Positions 1 through 8,734 of a stretch of 64,000 bases of DNA are shown piece by piece; position 1 is the first letter of the stretch; each line of letters begins with the position of its first letter. The stretch comes from Bacteroidales bacterium. GTDB taxonomy: Bacteria > Bacteroidota > Bacteroidia > Bacteroidales > WRLA01. The stretch is taken from NCBI GenBank assembly GCA_031254805.1, contig JAIRTP010000049.1, positions 23,361-87,360 on the forward strand. Direction: 5' to 3'. The notes under the pieces were generated by a model that saw only the letters and a list, made by a program, of their open reading frames with translations, made no database searches and was not told the DNA's origin. The position numbers and the translations under genes were made by a program.

Positions 1-59
1 ATATTTGTTACGACAAACAATAGCTTAAATGTAACGATCATCCAAAAATAAACAAAACT

Positions 60-443
60 TTACAACACCAATTCTTGAAACAATCGTTCGGTCGTTTTAT
101 CAAGATCGTCTGAAAATCCGGCGTGAGGCCGCGAGGTTTGAATACATGAACTGCGCTCGGCAGCGATCCAGCGAAAGCGTTCGGGAATATCCAATTGCGC
201 TATGACGCCGCCGGATTTGTCTCCTTTGGCAATTTTTTCGAATGACTCCAAGGTGGATTTAATTAAGCTGATATCCAATTCTTTAGAAAAATTGAAAAGC
301 CTGCTTTCATTTATCCTGTATAGAAAATTGATATATTTCGCCCTTTTAGAGAAGAGTATAACTCCCACATTAATAAACTCTTCACGTTCAACTTTCGGCA
401 AAACGCGAATAATGGCATATTCATATAAATATTTACCCGGCAT
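60..443 (-). CDS. DUF3037 domain-containing protein (uncharacterised)
   Basis: 127-aa ORF. The N-terminus YEYAIIRVLPKVEREEFINVGVILF matches my recollection of the DUF3037 family. It overlaps the upstream kinase ORF by 11 nt (433..443). Confidence 0.6.
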   Translation of the reverse strand: MPGKYLYEYAIIRVLPKVEREEFINVGVILFSKRAKYINFLYRINESRLFNFSKELDISLIKSTLESFEKIAKGDKSGGVIAQLDIPERFRWIAAERSSCIQTSRPHAGFSDDLDKTTERLFQELVL

Positions 444-1215
444 GTTGCGCTTCTTTTACAAAGATATCGGAATGAGTCGCTCTTGTCGTCAGAAAATTAT
501 AATAAACCTCTCTTAAATCTTGCGGCGTTTCATCTTGTTCTCCCCAATTCAACCAATCATCAGGAATCAGACTTACGATTTCACGAATCGTCTCCGGCGT
601 CAATATTTGCGTGAATTCTTTATCAACTTCTTCCAATTGATCGGCAAAAGGGAGCAATACATGATCTTTAATCATTGGAAAAGGATTTAACGCTTGTTTT
701 TCCCAATTATCCCAAGAATGATGAAAATAGAGGGACGATCCGTGATCGATGAGCCATAATTCGCGATATTTGATCATCAAATTGGTGTTTTTTGCAGTGC
801 GGTCGACATTGGTCAAAAAAGCGTCTAACCAAACAATTTGCGAAGCAGTTTTTCCATCCACAGGAGTTGTTACGGGATCATAGGTCAATGCGCTTGTCAA
901 AAAATGGATCCCAATATTTAATCCCCTGCTCCAACGCAAAAGATCTTGAATTTCTTCGTCGCCTTCCGTTTGTCCGAAAGCTTCATCCAGATTGACAAAA
1001 ACGAGCTCCGGAACGCGCAATCCAAGTATTTTAGCAGTTACTCCGCCGATTAATTCCGCTACAAGGGCTTTTGTTCCGTGACCTGATCCTCGAAATTTGA
1101 TCACATATTTAAAATCGTCGTCCGCTTCGGCCAATGCCGGCAACGAACCTCCTTCTCGTAAAGGCGCAATGTATCGCGTCAAATTGACTCTCCGCAGTTC
1201 TATATCTGTTCTCAT
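433..1215 (-). CDS. HipA-family (PI3/4-kinase-like) protein kinase
   Basis: 260-aa ORF. It has a HipA-type catalytic loop VDRTAKNTN, a downstream LWLIDHGSS segment with a candidate metal-binding Asp, and a Gly-rich KFRGSGHG near the N-terminus. Confidence 0.65.
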   Translation of the reverse strand: MRTDIELRRVNLTRYIAPLREGGSLPALAEADDDFKYVIKFRGSGHGTKALVAELIGGVTAKILGLRVPELVFVNLDEAFGQTEGDEEIQDLLRWSRGLNIGIHFLTSALTYDPVTTPVDGKTASQIVWLDAFLTNVDRTAKNTNLMIKYRELWLIDHGSSLYFHHSWDNWEKQALNPFPMIKDHVLLPFADQLEEVDKEFTQILTPETIREIVSLIPDDWLNWGEQDETPQDLREVYYNFLTTRATHSDIFVKEAQHAG

Positions 1216-1222
1216 TCTTTTG

Positions 1223-1230
1223 CAAAGTTA
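1223..1230 (-). promoter_or_regulatory. Bacteroidota -7 promoter box (TAACTTTG on the minus strand)
   Basis: The plus strand reads CAAAGTTA, whose reverse complement TAACTTTG fits TAnnTTTG. It lies 7 nt upstream of the kinase ATG (1215). Confidence 0.45.
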
Positions 1231-1317
1231 TAAAAAAGAAAATGCCGGTAACGACGTAATTATAAATGCTTGGAATAATGGTATTCCCTTTTTCAATTGT
1301 CATATTCTTGAAATGTG

Positions 1318-1325
1318 TACTTTTG
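1318..1325 (+). promoter_or_regulatory. Bacteroidota -7 promoter box (TACTTTTG)
   Basis: Exact TAnnTTTG match about 20 nt upstream of the sigma-factor start. Confidence 0.45.
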
Positions 1326-1346
1326 CATCGTAAAAGAGCGTAATTA

Positions 1347-1922
1347 TTGTTGGAACAAGAGATAAAAATAGCTGATTTACGAGCAGGGAATCAAAAAAGT
1401 TTTGAAATGCTGTTTACGAAATGGTATGCGCCTTTGTGTAGTTATGCATATAGCATTCTTGCCGATCAAGATGAAGCTCAGGATATTGCTCAAAAAGTTT
1501 TTTACAAATTATGGGATCGGCGAGCCGAAATAGAGATTCACACGTCGCTCAAATCGTATCTTTACCGGATGACGCACAATGCTTGTATGAATAAGATCAA
1601 AGAATTGCACAATAAAGCCGATCATCATCGTAATATTGCTTATACAAGCAGCGACGCCGTCAATGATACGGAAGAACGGATCTCACAAAACGAACTACAA
1701 CAACACATATTTGAAGCGATTGAAAATTTGCCGCCACGTTGTCGGGAGATTTTTAAATTGAGCAGGTTTGAACAATGTTCCTATGCTGAAATCGCCCGTC
1801 AACTTGATATTTCTTCTAATACAGTTGAAACACAGATGGTCAAAGCATTACGTTTTTTGAGAGAAAGGTTGAAAGATTATTTACCTTTGATTTTTTTACT
1901 CTATTTAATTGCCTGTAATTGA
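1347..1922 (+). CDS. RNA polymerase ECF-type sigma-70 factor
   Basis: 191 aa with a TTG start. Region 2 reads DEAQDIAQKVFYKLW and region 4 HTH reads CSYAEIARQLDISSNTVETQMVKAL. A FecR-like gene follows immediately. Confidence 0.9.
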   Translation: MLEQEIKIADLRAGNQKSFEMLFTKWYAPLCSYAYSILADQDEAQDIAQKVFYKLWDRRAEIEIHTSLKSYLYRMTHNACMNKIKELHNKADHHRNIAYTSSDAVNDTEERISQNELQQHIFEAIENLPPRCREIFKLSRFEQCSYAEIARQLDISSNTVETQMVKALRFLRERLKDYLPLIFLLYLIACN

Positions 1923-1923
1923 G

Positions 1924-2877
1924 ATGAACAAAGAGATAGATATATTATTGTTACGATATTTTAGCGGAGAAGCTACTGATAAAGAACTTCGGGAATTGGA
2001 TGTTTGGTTGAGTCAATCTCAAGAAAATGAAGATTATTTCAATCAGGCGACTTGCTTGTATCAAGATTTATCTCCTACTCAATCTGTTTTTGATCCCAAT
2101 TTGAACGCCGCCTTGTCTCAATTCAAAAAATATATGCAAGAGGACTCAAACGCTCCTTCCGCTCGCATCTTAAAAATAAATCGCATTTATAAAATAATTG
2201 CCGCGTCAGTCGCTATTTTGGCATTAGGAATTTCTCTCTTTTTCATTTTAAGGAATCCGATAGAACAACCGAAAATTTTGATTTCGCAGGAGGAATCGAT
2301 AGAAACGAAAATTTTCGAAAATCTCAATATATCGTTAGCTCCAAATTCGCAAATATCGTATGCGGAGAAAACGGAAAAACATGTGGAATTATCCGGAAAA
2401 GCGACATTTTCTATTTTTGGGAAAAGCGATAAAGAATTGGTAATTTCGGCGGGTGAAACTTTTATAAAAGATATCGGTACGATTTTTACGGTTACGGCTT
2501 ACAATCCTGAAGAACTCGTCGTCGTCGAAGTGTCGGAAGGCGAGGTTTTGTTTTATACCGATACGCAACTAGGAATATCCATCAAACAATACGAAAGCGG
2601 CGAATATGATCCGGTTCATAAAAAATTTACTCATTTACAAGCTGTAAAATTATTTCAAGATATTGTGTTTCATGCCGCTCCGTTGTACGAAGTGGTCAAT
2701 GAATTGCAAATGTGTTATGGGGTACAGATTGATATTGCGTCCGAAGAAATTCAAGGTATGCATATCAGCGTTAGTTTTAGTCCCAATGAATCGATAGATA
2801 ATGTTTTAAAAATCATCTCGGAAACTTTGTCCATAAAGGCAACCAAAAATGACAATACTTTTATCCTCTCGAAATAG
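1924..2877 (+). CDS. FecR-family anti-sigma factor
   Basis: Starts MNKEIDILLLRYFSGEATDKELRELDVWL, the typical FecR N-terminus. One TM segment (IIAASVAILALGISLFFIL) is followed by a periplasmic FecR domain. The ATG at 1924 is 1 nt after the sigma stop; the ORF-track start at 1909 is probably an over-extension. Confidence 0.85.
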   Translation: MNKEIDILLLRYFSGEATDKELRELDVWLSQSQENEDYFNQATCLYQDLSPTQSVFDPNLNAALSQFKKYMQEDSNAPSARILKINRIYKIIAASVAILALGISLFFILRNPIEQPKILISQEESIETKIFENLNISLAPNSQISYAEKTEKHVELSGKATFSIFGKSDKELVISAGETFIKDIGTIFTVTAYNPEELVVVEVSEGEVLFYTDTQLGISIKQYESGEYDPVHKKFTHLQAVKLFQDIVFHAAPLYEVVNELQMCYGVQIDIASEEIQGMHISVSFSPNESIDNVLKIISETLSIKATKNDNTFILSK

Positions 2878-4696
2878 AAAAATTTTTTTAACCGGAATTT
2901 TTGTTTTTGTATTATCATTTCATCCTTTATGGGCGCAAAATGATATGCAGAACATAAAAATCACGTTAAAAACGCAAAAAGAAGCGCTATCGGAAATATT
3001 TCAGGAAATTACGCGACAAACAGGATTCAGATTTTCATATAATCCGCAAATTATTGACGATAACGCTCTTGTTTCCGTAGATATTGCAGAAACAAATTTA
3101 AAAGAAGCTTTAGCTATCGTTCTTCCGAATTCCATTGTTGTGAAACAAATTGAAAATCATTTAATTCTCTCTTTGCTTGAAAAACAGGAAAACACAATAA
3201 CCTCGCCTCATACGGAGTTCGTAAAAACGATTCATTTGCAAAAAAATCAAAATATTTCCACTGCACAGAATCTAAAATCGGAAAATAATACATTGATTCA
3301 CAACTCTCATTCTGTTTTACTAGAAAAAAAATCTTCTTCAAATAATGGTTTGCACAACTTAGATTGTCTTGATAGCGTAAAATTAAAACTTGAAGAAGAA
3401 ATGAAAAGACAAATCGCAGCTTTATTATTGGGAGCAACCATTACGACGACTCAAATTGAGGCGCAGGAGATTTCTCAAACCGAAACCAATGTTACGACGC
3501 ATCAAATCGAAAATTCAGGCGCGCCTGTTCAAAATAAAAAAGCGGCGCAATTTTCTTTCGTTTATCCGCTTGGAACAGACTGGATCTATGCTATGAATAA
3601 TAAGTACAATTTATCTTTTAATGTATTGGGCGGTTTTACCGGAAGCGTTCAAGGAATGGAATTATCGACGATTTTCAATATCAACAAATATAACGCCAAG
3701 GGAATTCAATTTGCGGGAGTTTTTAATATGACGGGCGTCTCTTCGTATAAAAAGAGCAGTAACGTCGCCCAATTTGCCGCCGGGTTCAATTTTGTCAAAA
3801 AAGGAAAAGCCGCGCAATTTGCAGGCGGAGCCAATATAGCAGATAGCGGATGTTTTCAAGCGGCGGCAGGCGCCAATGCGGCAAAGCTCTCCGGTGCGCA
3901 AGTTGCAGGAGGAATTAACATTACAGACGACGGATGTTTTCAGGCAAGCGCAGGAATTAATATGGCGGGAACGTCGGCGGCTCAAATCACAGGAAGCGTC
4001 AATGTAACGAAAAAAGGGAAATTTCAAGCGGCGGCGGGCGTTAACGTAGCAGAAGAGTCGCAATGTCAGCTTGCCGGTGCAGTGAACGTAATAAAAAGAG
4101 GCGGTTTTCAGATGGGAGTCGTTAATGTACGCGACACGGCGGATGGCGTTTCTCTAGGAATTTTAAATATTGTCGCTCATGGCGGCGTGATGGAGGCAGG
4201 TGTAGAAGGCGGAGAGTTTATTCACGCGGCAGTAACTCTTCGCTCAGGAACGCAAAGATTGTACTCAATCCTTCTATTTGGCGGAAATTTCTCTGAGGAA
4301 TGTATTACTCCCGGTTTTGGGCTTGGGACAGAATTTCGATTTACGAAATGGTTAGGTTTGAATATAGAGTTGGTATATTACAATCTTATCAATATTCATC
4401 ATGGTCCATTCTTCCTTGATATAAGCGCCGATTATTGGGAATATAGCGGATTAGCTCATTTCAGGCCTGTATTCAATTTTAAAATAGCAAAACATTTTAA
4501 GATATTTGCCGGCCCCGCTTTTAATTTGCTTATAGAGGACGGACCTAATGGAAATTATATTGATAATAGAGAATCCGCTTATTATCGATATAAATTTATT
4601 CAAAAAACGCCTCGTCCTCTTTTCGATGAATATATTTCTCACGAAAGTTTAAGACTTAGAGGATGGATCGGTTTTACCGCCGGAGTGAAATTTTAA
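2849..4696 (+). CDS. STN-domain surface/outer-membrane repeat protein (not a TonB-dependent receptor)
   Basis: 615 aa. It has a signal peptide (KIFLTGIFVFVLSFHPLWAQ) and a secretin/TonB N-terminal (STN) domain (NIKITLKTQKEALSEIFQEITRQTGFRFSYNP...LKEALAIVLP). These are followed by a low-complexity linker, roughly ten degenerate repeats of the type aQfAGg.N, and an aromatic-rich C-terminus ending in F. I see no plug or TonB-box sequence. It overlaps fecR by 29 nt. Confidence 0.7.
   Translation: MTILLSSRNRKIFLTGIFVFVLSFHPLWAQNDMQNIKITLKTQKEALSEIFQEITRQTGFRFSYNPQIIDDNALVSVDIAETNLKEALAIVLPNSIVVKQIENHLILSLLEKQENTITSPHTEFVKTIHLQKNQNISTAQNLKSENNTLIHNSHSVLLEKKSSSNNGLHNLDCLDSVKLKLEEEMKRQIAALLLGATITTTQIEAQEISQTETNVTTHQIENSGAPVQNKKAAQFSFVYPLGTDWIYAMNNKYNLSFNVLGGFTGSVQGMELSTIFNINKYNAKGIQFAGVFNMTGVSSYKKSSNVAQFAAGFNFVKKGKAAQFAGGANIADSGCFQAAAGANAAKLSGAQVAGGINITDDGCFQASAGINMAGTSAAQITGSVNVTKKGKFQAAAGVNVAEESQCQLAGAVNVIKRGGFQMGVVNVRDTADGVSLGILNIVAHGGVMEAGVEGGEFIHAAVTLRSGTQRLYSILLFGGNFSEECITPGFGLGTEFRFTKWLGLNIELVYYNLINIHHGPFFLDISADYWEYSGLAHFRPVFNFKIAKHFKIFAGPAFNLLIEDGPNGNYIDNRESAYYRYKFIQKTPRPLFDEYISHESLRLRGWIGFTAGVKF
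3541..4176 (+). repeat. Coding tandem repeat array (about 20-aa units, consensus roughly K-G-x-AAQFAGG-x-N-x)
   Basis: Successive units can be read in the translation: AAQFSFVYP, GIQFAGVFNMT, VAQFAAGFNFV, AAQFAGGANIA, CFQAAAGANAA, GAQVAGGINIT, CFQASAGINMA, AAQITGSVNVT, KFQAAAGVNVA, QCQLAGAVNVI, GFQMGVVNV, VSLGILNIV. Boundaries are approximate. Confidence 0.7.
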
Positions 4697-4712
4697 CAAT
4701 ATCGTCGCAGTT

Positions 4713-5627
4713 TTAAGATGTAGCTAATTGGCGGAATAACTCTTTTTGCTTCTCGGTAAGCCCGACAGGAATTCTCACGGAATACGTAATAAAAAGATCT
4801 CCAAAAGTTCCTTCTTTCTTATAAATGGGAAAACCTTTCCCTTTTAATCTCGTTTTTGTCCCATTTTGGGTTTCTGGTTTGACTTTTAATTTGACCTTTC
4901 CTGTAAGCGTGTCTATGGTTATTTCACCGCCTAAAATCGCAGTATAAAGGTCCAAAGGAACGACAGTATACAGATCGTCTCCTTTTCTTTGAAAATCGGG
5001 ATTTTTTTCAATAATAAAAGTAATGTAAAGATCCCCGTCGAGGCCTCCGTTAACGCTTTTTCCTCCTTTTCCTTTTAGTTTTACCGTTTGTCCGTCTGCG
5101 ATTCCTGCGGGAATGGTTATACGAATATTTTTACCATTTACGTTTAAAGTCTGTTTATGTGTTTGCTCCGCTTGTCGAAGTGAAAGATGCAGTTCCACGT
5201 TATAATCGCTCCCTTTAAATCCCGTCGTTCTTCTGCTCTTTCTCGAACGCGCTCCTCCTCCAAATAGCGACTCAAAAAAATCGGAAAACCCTCCGCCAAA
5301 ATCGCCGCCCGAAAAGCCATATTGATAACTCTCGGAAGCAAAATCGCTCGAAAAACCTCCATTTTGCGCTTGTTGACGACGCGCTTTTTCATATTCTTCG
5401 GCATGACGCCAATTTTCTCCATATTCATCATATTTTTTTCGTTTTTCGGGATCGCTCAAGACCTCGTTGGCCTCGTTGATCTGCTGAAACTTATTGTGCG
5501 CCTCAGCATCATTTGGATTGACGTCGGGATGATATTTACGCGCTAATTTACGATACGCTTTTCTGATATCGTCGGCCGAAGCGCCTCTACCTAATCCCAA
5601 AATGCTATAATAATCTATAAAAGCCAT
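4713..5627 (-). CDS. cbpA: J-domain co-chaperone, CbpA/DnaJ-like (no zinc-finger domain)
   Basis: 304 aa. The J domain reads [34 protein letters not shown] Gly/Phe-rich region and the DnaJ C-terminal domains follow, with no CxxCxGxG repeats. Confidence 0.75.
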   Translation of the reverse strand: MAFIDYYSILGLGRGASADDIRKAYRKLARKYHPDVNPNDAEAHNKFQQINEANEVLSDPEKRKKYDEYGENWRHAEEYEKARRQQAQNGGFSSDFASESYQYGFSGGDFGGGFSDFFESLFGGGARSRKSRRTTGFKGSDYNVELHLSLRQAEQTHKQTLNVNGKNIRITIPAGIADGQTVKLKGKGGKSVNGGLDGDLYITFIIEKNPDFQRKGDDLYTVVPLDLYTAILGGEITIDTLTGKVKLKVKPETQNGTKTRLKGKGFPIYKKEGTFGDLFITYSVRIPVGLTEKQKELFRQLATS

Positions 5628-5785
5628 ATTTCAATGCTCATTATCGTTATTGCGAAGTTACAAATTTTTACCCGACCAATATCCGAAAAAATCATTGAAA
5701 GAGATCCTATCTTATTTTTCGTCATATATTTGAAAAAAGAATAAGCCTTCCTGCTCTATTTTGCTTAAAAATAAAAAAAACGCCG

Positions 5786-5793
5786 TAACTTTG
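5786..5793 (+). promoter_or_regulatory. Bacteroidota -7 promoter box (TAACTTTG)
   Basis: Exact TAnnTTTG match 38 nt upstream of the ffh ATG. Confidence 0.5.
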
Positions 5794-5830
5794 CAAACCT
5801 AATTATCAATGATATAAAAAAGTTTATAAT

Positions 5831-7162
5831 ATGTTTGAAAGTCTGAGCGATAAGTTAGAGAAGTCGTTTAAGTTGCTAAAAGGACAGGGGAAGATCAACG
5901 AACTGAATATTGCGGAAACAATGAAGGAGGTACGCCGCGCATTGTTGGACGCCGACGTCAGCTATAAAATCGCAAAACAGTTTACAGACGATGTCAAGCA
6001 AAAAGCATTAGGACAAAATGTGATCAACGCCGTCTCGCCGGGGCAATTAATGGTAAAAATAGTCCACGACGAGTTGACGAATTTAATGGGAACGGAACAT
6101 GTAGAGATAAATCTGCAAGGAAATCCCGCTATTATATTGATCGCCGGTTTGCAAGGATCCGGAAAAACTACTTTTTCCGCTAAATTGGCGAATTACCTAA
6201 AAACCAAAAAAGGAAAAAAACCGATGTTAGTCGCCGGCGACGTTTATCGTCCTGCGGCCATCGATCAATTAAAGGTTCTCGGAGAGCAAATCGACGTAAA
6301 AGTATGGGCGGAGGATGATAATAAAAATCCGGTTAAAATTGCTAAAACCGCCCTTCAACATGCAAAAGATTATGGATTTAACGTCTTAATCATTGATACC
6401 GCCGGACGCTTGGCCGTCGACGAGGAGATGATGAACGAAATATCAACCCTTAAAAAGGAGCTTCATCCGCACGAAACTCTTTTTGTTGTCGATTCGATGA
6501 CCGGACAAGACGCCGTAAACACAGCGAAAGCATTTAACGACCGTCTTGATTTTAACGGCGTCGTTTTGACAAAATTGGACGGCGATACGCGCGGCGGCGC
6601 GGCGCTGACTATTCGCGCAGTAGTTGAAAAACCGATCAAATTTGTCGGATTGGGAGAAAAAATGGACGCTTTGGACGTTTTCTACCCCAAACGTATGGCC
6701 GACAGGATCTTGGGAATGGGCGATATTGTTTCTTTCGTGGAAAAAGCGCAAGAGCAATTTGACGAAGAAAAAGCGCGAAAATTGCAGAAAAAATTTGCCC
6801 AAAACAGTTTCAATTTTAACGATTTCATCGAGCAAATCAAACAGATCAAGAAGATGGGAAATATCAAAGATCTGTTAGGAATGATTCCCGGCATGGGAAA
6901 AGCGTTGCGCGATATTGATATCGACGACGACGCATTCAAAGGAATTGAAGCAATTATCGGATCCATGACGCCGTATGAGCGTGAACATCCTGAAGTATTG
7001 AACGGAAGCCGTAGAAAAAGAATAGCCGAAGGTTCTGGAACAAATATTGCCGAGGTAAACCGTCTAATCAAACAATTTGAAGAAACCCGCAAGATCATGC
7101 ACAACGTTACCACCAATAAAGGGAAAAATATGATGAGAATGATGGGAAACAAAAGAAGATAA
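5831..7162 (+). CDS. ffh: Signal recognition particle protein Ffh
   Basis: 443 aa. The NG domain contains GLQGSGKTT, DTAGR and TKLDGD. The C-terminal M domain is Met-rich. Confidence 0.95.
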   Translation: MFESLSDKLEKSFKLLKGQGKINELNIAETMKEVRRALLDADVSYKIAKQFTDDVKQKALGQNVINAVSPGQLMVKIVHDELTNLMGTEHVEINLQGNPAIILIAGLQGSGKTTFSAKLANYLKTKKGKKPMLVAGDVYRPAAIDQLKVLGEQIDVKVWAEDDNKNPVKIAKTALQHAKDYGFNVLIIDTAGRLAVDEEMMNEISTLKKELHPHETLFVVDSMTGQDAVNTAKAFNDRLDFNGVVLTKLDGDTRGGAALTIRAVVEKPIKFVGLGEKMDALDVFYPKRMADRILGMGDIVSFVEKAQEQFDEEKARKLQKKFAQNSFNFNDFIEQIKQIKKMGNIKDLLGMIPGMGKALRDIDIDDDAFKGIEAIIGSMTPYEREHPEVLNGSRRKRIAEGSGTNIAEVNRLIKQFEETRKIMHNVTTNKGKNMMRMMGNKRR

Positions 7163-7193
7163 TAGATTCCGCTTATTTAAAATATAGAAAATC

Positions 7194-8072
7194 ATGATAT
7201 TATTAGACGGCAAAGAGCTTGCCAGACAAATAAAGGAAGAGATTAAAGCCGAAGTGGCAGCTATTTTGGACGCCGATCAACGCGGCCCTCATTTGGCTGC
7301 AATTTTGGTAGGAGAAGATCCTGCCAGCGAGACCTATGTGAGCAGTAAGGAGAGATCAAGCAGAGAAGTGGGTATTATCTCGTCGGTCTACAAATTTTCA
7401 GCGTCAGTATCTGAAAAAGATTTACTCGAAACGGTAGATTTTCTCAATAACGACCCTGATATAGATGGTTTTATTGTGCAATTACCGCTTCCAAAACACA
7501 TTGATGTCGATAAAGTTATTTCAAGCATTCATCCCGATAAAGATATCGACGGTTTTCATCCTGAAAATATGGGGAAACTGACCATGGGAATAGAAGGGCT
7601 TGTTCCTGCTACGCCCGCAGGAATTATGGAAATGTTGCGTCGTTACAATATTGAGACGGAAGGAAAACATTGCGTTGTATTAGGAAGAAGTAATATTGTC
7701 GGAACGCCTGTGGCGCTATTGATGTCGAGAAAAGGAAATCCCGGCAACGCGACCGTCACTTTGTGCCATTCAAAAACCAAAAATATTAAAGAAATTTGCC
7801 AATCAGCCGATATTTTGATCGCAGCAATCGGGCAGCAAGAGTTTGTGACCGCCGATATGGTAAAACAAGACGCGGTAGTCATTGACGTTGGAATACATCG
7901 CGTTCCAACTACGGAAACAAAATCGGGATACAAAATTGTAGGCGACGTCGCTTTCGACGAAGTGAGCAAAAAATGCAGTTATATTACTCCTGTTCCGGGC
8001 GGCGTGGGAGCCATGACAATTGTGAGCCTTCTTCAGAATACGATGAAAGCTTACAAAAATCATATTCAATAA
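7194..8072 (+). CDS. folD: Bifunctional 5,10-methylene-THF dehydrogenase/cyclohydrolase FolD
   Basis: 292 aa. Matching segments are ILVGEDPASETYV, DGFIVQLPLP, GRSNIVGTPVALL and PVPGGVGAMT. Confidence 0.95.
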   Translation: MILLDGKELARQIKEEIKAEVAAILDADQRGPHLAAILVGEDPASETYVSSKERSSREVGIISSVYKFSASVSEKDLLETVDFLNNDPDIDGFIVQLPLPKHIDVDKVISSIHPDKDIDGFHPENMGKLTMGIEGLVPATPAGIMEMLRRYNIETEGKHCVVLGRSNIVGTPVALLMSRKGNPGNATVTLCHSKTKNIKEICQSADILIAAIGQQEFVTADMVKQDAVVIDVGIHRVPTTETKSGYKIVGDVAFDEVSKKCSYITPVPGGVGAMTIVSLLQNTMKAYKNHIQ

Positions 8073-8106
8073 GGAATAGAATTTATCTTTCAGGATAAGG
8101 CATAAA

Positions 8107-8724
8107 ATGGACAAATCTGAAAACGGACGTTTTCTTCCCGTTGTAGAAGAGTTCTACAGTATTCAAGGAGAGGGATTTCATACAGGTAAAGCGGCGTATT
8201 TTCTCCGTGTCGGCGGATGCGATGTAGGATGTCGTTGGTGCGATGAAAAACGCTCTTGGAATGCCGAAGATTGGGACATGGTCGCCGTGGACGATATCGC
8301 GAAACGCGTTACTCAATATCCTGCAAAAGCTGTCGTTGTAACTGGAGGCGAACCGTTGATGTGGAATATGGATTGTCTTTGCGCATCGTTGAAAAATCTG
8401 GAAATTTCTATTTTTTTAGAAACCTCGGGAGCTTATCCGCTGAGCGGAAAATGGGACTGGATATGTCTTTCTGCAAAAAGAAACGCCCATCCGTCGCCTG
8501 AAATTTTATCAAAAGCCGACGAATTGAAAATTATCATCGAAACAAGTAGAGATTTTGATTGGGCGGAACAAAATGCGGCGTTGGTTGATCCGGGATGCAA
8601 GCTGTGGTTGCAACCCGAATGGAGGCGTTCTAAAGAGATGATGCCGATTATCGTTCGTTATATTTTAGAAAATCCAAAATGGAATATCTCTTTGCAAAGT
8701 CATAAATATATGAGGATTCCGTAA
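8107..8724 (+). CDS. queE: 7-carboxy-7-deazaguanine synthase QueE (radical SAM)
   Basis: 205 aa. Matching segments are EEFYSIQGEG and the CDVGCRWCD cluster motif. Length and layout match the short QueE type. Confidence 0.85.
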   Translation: MDKSENGRFLPVVEEFYSIQGEGFHTGKAAYFLRVGGCDVGCRWCDEKRSWNAEDWDMVAVDDIAKRVTQYPAKAVVVTGGEPLMWNMDCLCASLKNLEISIFLETSGAYPLSGKWDWICLSAKRNAHPSPEILSKADELKIIIETSRDFDWAEQNAALVDPGCKLWLQPEWRRSKEMMPIIVRYILENPKWNISLQSHKYMRIP

Positions 8725-8734
8725 TCAATTCAGA

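Noticed and set aside
6682-7152. A 156-aa minus-strand ORF, plus other ORFs, lies inside ffh.
   Set aside because: It is fully contained antisense within a highly conserved gene and has no recognisable domain, so it is a shadow ORF.
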